A stretch of DNA of 63,531 nt, counting the filler, from Reticulomyxa filosa (taxonomy: Eukaryota > Protista > Foraminifera): NCBI GenBank assembly GCA_000512085.1. It is 16 parts of 16 records of this genome, joined end to end, with 100 filler letters (N's around TTAATTAATTAA, not from the genome) between each part and the next. Parts side by side here need not be neighbours in the genome. Positions count along the whole stretch, not along the records: positions 36,265 to 40,179 come from ASPP01021356.1; positions 40,280 to 41,279 come from ASPP01050584.1; positions 41,380 to 46,005 come from ASPP01022323.1; positions 46,106 to 53,609 come from ASPP01008776.1; 12 more parts are not named here. One strand, 5' to 3'. The notes under the pieces are model-generated. The model was given only the letters and a program-made list of their open reading frames with translations. It had not been told where the DNA came from and did not search any database. Below, piece after piece: positions 38,501 through 49,546 of this stretch. Every line of letters begins with the position of its first letter. The stretch's first letter is position 1. The position numbers and the translations under genes were made by a program.

Positions 38501-39428
38501 TCTTTTTTCAACAAAGAAAACTTGTGAAAAATCTTTGTTTTTTTCTTACAAGAAATAAGAAAATTGTTCATTTGACTTTAATGTGATTAAATCAATTATT
38601 TTTGTTTTGTTGTGATCCAAGCTGAAACATGTCTAAAAAGAGAGTGATTTATAATAGTGTGTTTTTTTCCATGAAACAAGCAAAATCAACAATGTAGTAT
38701 AAGTCGCTCTGGCAGCAGCGAAACTCAGAGAAGTATAGCCCCTTTTTTTCTATCTTCAAGCTCTAGGAAAAAACAAAATTAAAAAATTTTAAGCATACTT
38801 ATTACTATTACACAATTGTTAATTTTTGCGATGCCTAATTAAATGTTGAACGGCAGCACAATATTCAAATAAATAATCATTATTGTAATTTATATATATT
38901 TTTTGTATTAGTTTATGCAGTTCAATCAGGTTTTATTCAATAATTTCTACATAATGCAAAAAGATTAGTTTTAACAAAATACACAATCTTCAAAATAAAT
39001 AATAAAAATTTCTAAGTTGTTATGATTTATGTGTTGCCCTTTTTTTTTTTGTTGCTGTTGTTTGTCACTTTTTTTAGTTTGTTTTTCTAAATTTATTTCT
39101 TTATTGAGTCCACAATAAAGAAAGCAAAGTTAAGTTTATTTTTATTTATTTGGTCTTTTTGGCTTTGTTTCTTCAGATTTGAGTCGAAGAACAACAAGCA
39201 AAAAAGATTTTCATTGTTCTTTGAACAATATTTATTAAAAAACATTATTTTCTTTGATTAATTATAGACTTGGACGCTTTCGATATTTTGCCACTGAGTC
39301 GGCCAAAAGCATGTTCAAAATTTGTCTGGCTCCGAAAAAACACTTTTTATTCTTATGCGGACTCGGACTATGTTTATGTTTTTATATAAAAAATTTTTCA
39401 AAGTGTTTTTTTTATTAAAAAAAATGAA

Positions 39429-39800
39429 TATCTCATTGATTGGAGGGGGTGTGAGAGAATGTGCAAAATCTCAACAAAAATGAAATGGCGGCGCTTAATA
39501 TGTAAAGCCCGCCGAATTTATTGATACACGTTCACATTAGGGCCGATCCATCTTTGAGATAGCACCATCCACAAAAATTTCCAAAGAAATTCCCAAAGTA
39601 TTGCTCGGTTGGCCAGTGTGTTGGGGTGTGTCTTGTGTATCTATGTACTAAGTCGCAGGGTCATAGTTATGCTTGCCTGCGCACTGGCACACGACTGTGC
39701 TATATTGCTGGTAGAAATATCAGCAATGTGGGAGGTCGTGCAATGTGACGTCGCCCTTTAATGTAGCGGATATTTGGGTTCGAGTCCCACCGCTGACCTT
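39429..39800 (+). ncRNA. Candidate structured ncRNA or SINE-like element with a 3' tRNA-like minihelix
   Basis: GC-enriched, ORF-free island with several G-U-containing helices, a GAAA-capped 14-bp hairpin, a B-box/T-loop GGTTCGAGTCC and an A-rich tail. Confidence 0.55.
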
Positions 39801-41069
39801 AACAAAACAAAAAAAAATTTATTGATTCTGTTAAAAAAAAAGTTTATATAAGTTTTTAACATACTTTGTGATGATGTGTTGATATCATATAGATATACCT
39901 CATGTTTGACGATGTTGGTGCTTGTGATTTATGGCAATGATTGATGTGATTGCTGGCGACCAAATATGTTGTTAAGTACTTTGTATAATCGTGCTTCCGC
40001 AAATCCTTATTCTCACTTGCGATTGACTTAATGTAAAATAAAATAGGTTTATGTTCGGATTTTTAGAACAGAAGACGTGTTTATAAAAATAACAGATGGA
40101 CCATCATAACATCATAACATTTTCATAGATTTAACCAAAGGTGTTAGTGGATATTTATTATTATTTTTTTTTTTTTTTTNNNNNNNNNNNNNNNNNNNNN
40201 NNNNNNNNNNNNNNNNNNNNNNNTTAATTAATTAANNNNNNNNNNNNNNNNNNNNNNNNNNNNNNNNNNNNNNNNNNNNGTTGAAACATATTGCATTATT
40301 ACTATCTTTTTTAAAAAGCTATTACTCCAAGACTCTTCCAATCAAAGTTTTAATTTTCATCCAAGACAAATCTCTTTTTTTTCGTAAATTATTAATAACA
40401 ATTTACATAGTTATACAATGTCACCACTTTTTTTGTCTCTTGCAGAGCATAGAAACAGCTCCTTTTTCAAGTTTATCAAATTTTTTTAATTGAAAAACAC
40501 AATCTTTTTTCAAATTTTCAAATGAAATTCATATAAAAAATGATTATATATGTATAAATCCTTCTTCTGTTATTTTGAAAAATTGTCAAAAAAAATAATC
40601 CTGGATTTTCAATGATAGTGTATTCTCTCTTATTTGTGCATAGTGTTTTATTTTCAGACTAAAAATGGTCATGTCTTATCAATCAATAATTTTTTTTAAT
40701 TGTTAGTTTTGTTGAGGGTACGTGTATTTAACAAGGACACTTAAAAACAAAAGTTATTTATTATTAAAAAGTTCAAAATTGTTTTCATCACCTAATTCAA
40801 TCTAAAAAAATGGCTGCAGTCAACAATGAAAAACAAATTTCAATGCAACAGTCCTTGATAAACTTTCATTTTCAATCTTTCAGAAGCAAAATTCAACTTT
40901 TGTGGTTTTTTTGTTCAATGAAATATACTTTATAATTATTGTTTGTATGAATTTTTTAAACAAATGGCTTTGAGCATAAATCTTTGAAAAAATAGCGAAT
41001 TATCATGTCATTGTGTTGGAGTATTTTTCAACACCAAATCAAAATTTTTTTTGGTTGACCTCTTTTTAA

Positions 41070-41279
41070 TTAAAAAAAACTACTCAAAAATAGTTCGTTT
41101 TTTGTTGAAAAAGTTGAATTACCCCAAATACCAATGTCACCTTTACTTGAACCATAACATAAATTGAAACTAAAATGATTATTCTTTGTGTCTTTGCTCT
41201 TCTCTTTTTCTTTGAATGGTAAAAATTTAAGACGCATTATTCCATTATCTTTTTCAATATCTCCATTGATTACATACAA
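41070..41279 (-). CDS. C-terminus of a lineage-expanded WD40 family protein
   Basis: GIMRLKFLPFK...NLCYGSSKGDIGIWG resembles the terminal blade of that family (from recall). Confidence 0.6.
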   Translation of the reverse strand: MYVINGDIEKDNGIMRLKFLPFKEKEKSKDTKNNHFSFNLCYGSSKGDIGIWGNSTFSTKNELFLSSFF

Positions 41280-41379
41280 NNNNNNNNNNNNNNNNNNNNN
41301 NNNNNNNNNNNNNNNNNNNNNNNTTAATTAATTAANNNNNNNNNNNNNNNNNNNNNNNNNNNNNNNNNNNNNNNNNNNN

Positions 41380-42967
41380 TGATGACGATGATGATGATGA
41401 TGATGACGATGATGATGATGATGATGACGATGGAGGTTTCAAGATTGTCGTATCCTCCCAATCAAACCATTTCCGACTTTCATAAAATTGACTCAAATAT
41501 TGAGGCAGGAGAGATATTGACAATGCCTTGGGTGACATATATCTCTCCCAATGCTCCAACACCACCGCCACACCCCACTCCATACGGTACCTCGGATGAA
41601 ACGCCAACTGCCGTTGGACAGCGCCATTTGGGCAAGAGAGAAGCCAGCCGTAGCACGTCATCAAATTCGACAATGAGCTTTGCGGCCCATCCAGCCCATC
41701 CCAATACCGAAACATCGTCACATCGAACGGCGACAAGTAGCCGAAGAACACATTATATAGCATCGGAATATCACGCAACGCAATACCTTTTGGACCGGCA
41801 TGTATCAATAAAGATGACAGATTTCTTGTCGCACGTGCTTGCAGCTATCGTGTTAAGCAGCAGTACATATATATATATATATGTATGTGTATGTACATTA
41901 TGTGTAATGTTTTATTGATATGTAAATAAAAAAAATGTTGATTCTCAACCTTCTTGATACTATTGAACGGAATCTTGAGCTGCTGTCTTATTTGGTTGTG
42001 TCGATGCAAATGCTGGAGTGGCACAAAGCGATACATTTGGACAAGGTCCGACGTTTGCACGGAGGAAGACGTAGGAGACGGACGATTCAACTGACGAAGT
42101 TCGTGGTGACCCAAGGCCATGGGCAGAATGTGATGACACTCAAACTCGATCAAGTGCTGAAACCAAAAGTCTCTGTGACTTGCCTGTGTTAACTCCGGGA
42201 TTGCCATGGCACTGTGTTGCTCCCAATACTTGACAAAGTCGTCCACACTCAGACCTTGTGCTGACGCTTGCTGCTGCTGCTCGCATCCGAGCTGGAGGAC
42301 GCGGAGCACCTCACTGCTGAACTCCTCGTTAAACATGTGCAAAAAAGGGACATTGCGACGAGAGCACTGCAACAACAGTTTGTAGCGGTTGAGAGGATTG
42401 CTTATGTAGTGCACGTTGATCAGATGCGAATAGTGTTGCGTCATCACTTTGGCAAATGTGTTGGCATTCATCCAATACTTTTGCCAATTGACTCCCCGAA
42501 ATTTCTTTTTCATCTGATTTTCGATGTCTTCATACGTTGCAACGGTCGTTTTCGTGAATATTGTTAACAGTGCATGTGCCAACTGTCCTCTTTCATTTCT
42601 TTTTTTTTTTTTTTTTTTGAAAAAAGAGACACATTTTTTTTTTATTTATTTGTTTGTTTGTTTGTTTGATTTTTGCAAAAACAAAACATTGGGAAATAAA
42701 ATTGTACGATTGGACTTTGTGTCGAAGAAAACAAGCGCTTGGCCACTTTGTTCAATTAAATCCTGCAATGGCGGTTTGTTATACCAGGTGAAAGACGATT
42801 GTGCAAAACTGCTCGTTGCTTTCAAAGGGTCATTTTTTGACTGCGCTTGCGTTTGTTTCGATTCTTGCACTTGCACTTGCACTTGCTCTTGCTCTTGCTC
42901 TTGCTCATGGATGCACTCAGGCTGAAAAAGGGCCCATCTTTTGGACGCGCATTGAAACAACGCATCA

Positions 42968-43022
<55 letters not shown>

Positions 43023-44195
43023 CAGGGTGGCTGCTTTTAAACTCGTTCGCGATGTCGGTGTCTTTCCCCACTTCCTCTGTTCCTCCTTTTCGATCGCGTA
43101 TAAAGATGGGGAAGCGCTGCTTGAACATTTTCTCGTATACCAATGGCAGTTCCCACAAGTATAACCCATTGCTATTGAATTTAAACAGTTCCTTCAGTTT
43201 GGATCGTAAATCATTCATGTTGTCGATTGGATCACTTTCCATTGTGTTTTCAGTCTTTTTTTTATTTTTTTTATTTTTTTTTTAAATGGACGCATATGTA
43301 TATATTTATGTATGTATGTGTATGTACATATAAAACAATGTGAAGTAATCTTCGACACATTTTTTTTTTTTTAAAAAAAAGTTTATTATTTAAATGTAGA
43401 ACTTGACACTAAGTTCACGAAACCCCCCCTTTTTTTTTGTCAACATTCCTCCCAAATACATCAAACCTTTGGCAGTATCAAGCCGTTGACAACAAGTAGC
43501 CTGTCGTATTCGAATTGCGTAATGTATTGCTCTCGCTGGTGAGGAATTCGCAGAAAATTGGGCAAATGAAACAGTTGGATAAAGTCGTTGGACGTCATTT
43601 GCAATTCGTGTTGAAGGGTGTTCGATTGCAACAAAGGCGCAAACTTTTGCATAAGAAATGCATCCCATTTGTGTTCGAATGTTATGTCATTACAAATCCC
43701 TTTGCCGTTGTTCACTTTGTGTGTCATTTCGATCAACAAATTACTCAAATACAAAGGTCGGTTGTACAACAGCTGAGATAACAACCACTCAAACTCTTTG
43801 TGTATTCCCGAATTCAATTGTTTCAGCTGTTTCAATTCTTCTATCGATTTCATTTTGCTATACACATCCTCATCTATTGACATTGGAAAAAATTCTCTCC
43901 AAATCTTTTTTCTTTTTTTTGGTGCTTTGCTTTTTGCCTTTTTCTTTCACTCCTTCAGCTTTACTTGCCATCTCATTTGATTCTTCACTTACTATTGCCT
44001 CCTCTTTACTTTTTCTCCTTCCACTATTGTTTGGTGCTCTCGAATGCACATTTTAAAAAGCCTGTGCGCAGGCCCTGCTGCTATATTACTCAAACATCCT
44101 GATATTGGAGCACATTTCACTTGCAAATATCGCACGCGAGATATAACGGGCGTTACAAAATTATTATAAGGAGGATGTCTTGTCACACGATACAT
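41380..44195 (-). CDS. Multi-exon protein with several LOTUS/OST-HTH-like domains
   Basis: LKELFKFNSNGLYLWELPLVYEKMF, HAGPKGIALRDIPMLYNVFFG and QGLSVDDFVKYWEQH resemble LOTUS helices 1-2; the ORFs are separated by GT-AG introns. The start is uncertain. Confidence 0.55.
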
Positions 44196-44554
44196 TTACA
44201 AAGAACATCAAAACCCCAAAAAATTCAACTTCTTTTCTCGTTACTAACTCGCAACAACTTTTTTTGTTGCTCCGAAAACTACAGCATTATTCAGCCTATT
44301 TTATTCTCATACGTTGCTCAGTTTTCGTTTTGTGCGCAAGTTCGTACGGAAAAATTTTCTAAAATTTACAACTAATAGGGATCCTAATATCTACACCTTC
44401 AATAAACTCTTTTTTAATATACAGCTATTCTTTGAAATATTTTTTTTTGCTCTAAAGGGAATTTGTGTCAAAAAAAGTTTAAAAAAAAAGCAATTCGTAC
44501 TTCAACAACGGCAGTGGCAGACACAAAGTTGAAAAGTTCAAATTCATCAAAAAA

Positions 44555-45600
44555 ATGCAACTGCAAGCAACAAACGTGGTACGGCGTCGGTCTCAAGTTG
44601 GACCAGGTTTTCAGGCCGTAATTCCGGACCTGGTACCAATGTTTGAGCGTGAAAAACTGACAAAGGAATATGTTGAAAACGAGCGGAACACAATGCCCTG
44701 TTGTCATCAGGATGTGTTGTCTGCTCACATACCGAAATGTACCAAAGATTGCAAGCGAGATAAAAAATCAGAAGCAGACTGTAATAGTAGCACTGACAAT
44801 ATGAAGGGGCTGTTGGCATGCTCGGAGTTGTCTCAAAAGCACCAAAAAGCCAAACGAACAAATAGTAAAAAAGTATCAGAAAGATACAACAGTGAGTGTA
44901 TAGGGACTTATCACGTGATTGATCCAACGCTCTACACATACGAATTAGCGTTGAACGCGAGCATTCACTCCCACGTTATCGAAAACCATTGCAAGCGTTC
45001 ACCACACCTCGCAGCAGGAACTGATGTTGTCAGTCCAAGTACTGATTTTATATTGACAGGTGAAAAATCTTGGTATGGTGTGCATCGCGGAAAGAAAAAA
45101 AAAACAACAAACAAACAAAAACATAACTCACAACTCCCTTCACAGCCAAAGCCAAACAAAAGAAAAAACGCACAAAATTTTTTTTTAATAACCAGAATAC
45201 GTTGTTGATGTAGTATACGTTTTTTTTTTTTTTCCCTCCTCTTTCACACATTCGCATTTTGTAAATTTTTTTTTTTTTTTTGTACATTGCATTTGCTCTT
45301 TTGGAATTTTTTTTTTTACAATTAATTTTTGGTAATGACAAAAAAAAAAAAAAAAAAATAGCACCCGGATTGGCGGTTGCAAACGAAAAGAACCAGAATC
45401 AAGCCTTTTGATTCCACCTGCCAAAAAAGCAAAAAAAATGCCATTGCTACCCACGACAGAAACGCTTGGGTGTGATGGTACTAATGGCAATGGGATTCCT
45501 TGTGTTGAAAATGCTTTTGCCAAAGACCCAATTAACATCCTTCCGGTCCTGTCTTTGGCTAGTGAATGTGGTCATGTAATTTTGCGCCAAATATCTATTT
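44555..45600 (+). CDS. Hypothetical multi-exon protein with an ELM2-like N-terminal motif
   Basis: RRSQVGPGFQAVIPDL matches the ELM2 start pattern (I/V-x-VG-x-x-Y/F-QA-x-IP). Confidence 0.5.
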
Positions 45601-46154
45601 GGGACAAACTAAAGAAAGAAAGAGAGAAGAAGGGAGAGGAGGGATTATTTTTTCCCGAACAAATTTTTAACTTGTCATTTTTTAATCTTTTTTAAAAAAA
45701 CACCAAAATAAAACAAACAAACAAAAAAAAAAACGATTTACAGAACGCAGATTTAATGATCACTAAAAGCGATACAAAGTCAAATGATAAGACAAAACGT
45801 ATGTCTTTTTTTTTTTCCCTTCTCCCCCCCCCCCCTTCCCTGTCCTACAGGGGTTTTCGAAATACTAAAAAAAAAAATGGATTGTCTGTGTTTGGGATAA
45901 AAAGTGAAAAAAGAAAAGAAGAAAAAGAAGAGCAAAAAAAACAAAGAAAAACACAAACACAAAACGAAATCGGGAACGAAAAAGAAAAAGAAGCGCCACA
46001 AACACNNNNNNNNNNNNNNNNNNNNNNNNNNNNNNNNNNNNNNNNNNNNTTAATTAATTAANNNNNNNNNNNNNNNNNNNNNNNNNNNNNNNNNNNNNNN
46101 NNNNNAAAAAAAAAAAAAAAAAAAAAAATAAAATAAAAAAAGTATTAATTGCAG

Positions 46155-47310
46155 GACCAATGCTAACTTCAATTGGAATGAGTCTGACAGCTACCGCTTT
46201 TTCCTTTCCAGAGTTGCTTTTCTGGAGGTGTGATGTGTTGATCGATTGATCGATTGATCAATTGATTACATTTTTTTTTTTTTTTCCTCATTGTAAAACA
46301 ACTTTAAAAAATGTCAACAAAAAAAAAAAAAAATTGTAGATTTGTCGTTGGAGTAGGTAGTTCCATTGCAATGGCTGGCAGTCAAAGTTACTTGGCGGAT
46401 ATCTCAACAGTTGAAAATAGAGCAAGAACATTAAGTTGAGATGCATGTATTTTTGTGAGAGAAAAAAAAAAAGGGGGCAATTTTTTTTTTTTTTACAAAA
46501 ATAAAAAAAATCAAAGGCCCAACGCAGATCGGATTTGCGGCCGGTATGGCGCTAGGACCAGCGCTGGGGGGTTTGTTAGCGGACACGGTGGGCATTCGAA
46601 ATTGTTTCTTAGCAGTAGGAGCGACAATAAGTGGGGTGGTGGTAAATCACTACATAATGTGCCCAGAGACGTTGCCAAAGACCGAGCAAGGACGCAAGAT
46701 CACGTGGAGTGGAATTGGAGGCGAGTTTAAAGACACATTGAACAAATGGAAACCATTGTGGAATACCAAAGACATTCGGTATGCTATCTATTTACATTCG
46801 GTGTTTTGGTTCACGTCAAGTGGCTGTATGTTCACGCTGATGCCCCTCTATGCGACCAATTCATTGCATATGAGTCTGTCCAGTCTGGGCTCATTATTTG
46901 CGGGTGTGGCTTTAATCAACGTCTTTGGCTCGCAGCCTATGGCTTGGATCAGCGATAAGTTTGGACGCAAAATTGTCATCGGTCCCAGTATCCTCATTTT
47001 GTCCAGCGCCGCGTTTTTGCTGCCTTATGTACACACCACACAACAATTGACTGCTTTAGCTGTCTGGTGGGGCATCGGTAGCACCATGTTTCAATCTGCT
47101 CCTATGGCTTATATTAGTGACCGTTCTAATGCTCAAAACCGAAGTCAGGCCTTGGCCATTTTGCGATCAGGTGGCGACTTTGGGCTCATGCTCGGCAGTA
47201 GCGTTTGTGCTGGACTTGCACAATGGTATGATATGCGCATCGCCACTACTTTTGCTGCCTTATGCTTGCTTTCCAGTGGCTTCAATTTTGTTTGGAGAAC
47301 AAAATATTAA
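46155..47310 (+). CDS. MFS transporter (DHA1/MFS_1-like), 3' part; exons 46155-46227, 46340-46434, 46517-47310
   Basis: WRFVVGVG, YLADIS...NRAR, GMALGPALGG and WISDKFGRK motif A; both splices keep the frame. Confidence 0.92.
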
Positions 47311-47819
47311 ACTTTCAATATTCTATATTTTTGTTATTTTGTTTTTTCATCCTTCGGTTCTCACTTTGGTTTTTTTTTTTTGGTTTTGTTTTCTTTGTTT
47401 TGTAATTGGAATGAAACACACAAATAAAATTTAAAAAAAAAAACGTGTCAATAAAAGGTTTATTGTCGATTTTTTTTTGAGAAGGAAATTCCTTTTTATG
47501 CCATCAACGCCTCAAAAAATGAACATTTTTTTTGTCGTTCGGTACTAAGCTCTTTTCGTGCACTTGATTCAAACATTACAACATTTACTTGAAATTTCGT
47601 AGCTTTCTGTAATTGTTGTCACTGAACTTTCCAAAAAAAACTTAGCCTTTGCTTGCGAATTTTCTTTTGCAACATTCACTGACAGATAAAACTGATAGTA
47701 TGCATATTTTATTTATTTATTGTATCACCAACAGATTTGTATTATATTTACACAGTCCTGTTAGCAATAGGAATCTGCAAAATAAAAAAAAATTCAAGTT
47801 AATAATAATTTTAAAAAAA

Positions 47820-49098
47820 TTAAGTGTTAGTAGATAAGCGAGAATTGGATTTGTAATGATGAATGGTAAACCCACAAACAAGACCAAGAGCAAAAAGTAA
47901 GATGTGAGAAGTAGATATTGTTTGAGAAAGTTGCGAAAAGTGAGAAGGTGTAAGTGTTGATTGTTTTTGTTTTTGTTTATGTGTAGATTTTGATTGTTGT
48001 TTTGATTCTTGTTTTAATGTTTGTTTTTGTTTTTGTTTTTGTTGCTGAGAAGGAGGAAATGCTGGTGCAAAAGGAAAAACACGTTGCTTTACAGGTAAAA
48101 TTTGTAACTGATGAAAAGAAATAGGAATGTGATGCCAAAGTAATTTTTTACAACCGGCAATAGATAAGGTACCATCATATAATTGCCAAAAATCAGTAGG
48201 GATAGAAACATCATGCATAAAATCAATATGATTGTCAGTAATAATAGATTGAAAATAACGTTGATAAAATGTATCTTGGATGAAAAAGCATTATAAGTAG
48301 TAGTAGAAATTAATTGATAGCCTTTAAAATTAGCTAATTCTATCAATGCTAATAAAGAACTACCTTGTTGAATATTCATATCACGATCTTGAATATATAC
48401 AATATGATTAGGTATTGTTGGATTAAATTCAATGATTACTAATTTGGGATGCAACCATTGCTCGTCTAGTGTATCCCAAATATGATAATCATTACCATCT
48501 ATATCGATACATAATATATCTATTTCTTTTGGTATTTCTAATTTTAATTCTTCTTTTACTATTTCTTCTAATGTTTTAATTTCCATATTATTGTTAATAT
48601 TGTTCTTTTTCTTTTTATTATTTTTTTTCTTCTTTTTTGTTTTATACAATTCATCCATTGCTAAATGTTTATTATCTATTTTCTCATCGAATCCTACCAT
48701 CCCACAATGACAATAGACTTGTTTTGCTTCGATTTCATTTTTATATGTTTCTATTAATTCTTTATATTTTTCTTTATTTGCTTCTATTAACACTCCTTTC
48801 CAATCTTTATTTTTTATTAAATTATATGTATTACTTAAATACTTTCCGTCCCAACAACCGAATCTATTTATTTATTTATTTTTTATATATATTACTTTTA
48901 TCTTCTTTTTTCATTTCTTTTTTTTTTTTTTTTTTTTAACTCAATACACCAGTGATTAAGATCTTCGTCTTTCAACAAATCAAAAATCTTTTCCACAATT
49001 CCATCTTCCCCACTTTGACTTGTCACATTCGAGGCAAAACGTATCAAAAAATCATTCACTTTACATTTTCGTGGTTGTCGACGAAGTGTCACTGGCAT
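47820..49098 (-). CDS. FkbM-like SAM-dependent methyltransferase; one intron (~48864-48941) and a homopolymer frameshift near 48285
   Basis: NVTSQSGEDGI, WCIE-FGCWDGKYLSNT, WKGVLIEA, IDILCIDIDGNDYHIW, PKLVIIEFNP and GSSLLAL...KGY; C-terminal hydrophobic helix. Confidence 0.82.
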
Positions 49099-49546
49099 TT
49101 TTTAATCAATGAGTTTTTCTTTTTAGTAAAGTATCCTTTTTTTAGTATGTCCTTGTTTTTTGATCTTTTTAAAACTAATTTAAATATATATTATTATGCA
49201 CTAATATCTTTTATGAGCGTGATCTGTTATTATTTAGAAATCTCCTTCTTCACAATCTTAGTAAGGACCTTTCTTATTTTCTTTTTTATTCATATTATGA
49301 TATCAACTTACTATTTACCTAAAGTCTTTTCTTCATTTCCAAGACGCAATTATATAATTTTATTTTAGGAGCCAGGTATCACCAGCACTTTTCATATAAG
49401 CAATTTCTACAAAGTAATTCGGATAGTAACTTAGGTTATTTTCATTTTTGTTTAAAGGATAACTATTTTGGTGTTTCTCTGAAAAGACAAAAGACTAAAA
49501 GTTGTGAAAAGTTTAACTTGGAATTTTTAATTTTATTAAAAAAAAA

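Noticed and set aside
39719-39798. Canonical tRNA, or a UUA-anticodon suppressor tRNA
   Set aside because: There is no D-arm, and the stem around CTTTAAT does not pair; only the T-arm and an acceptor-like helix are supported.
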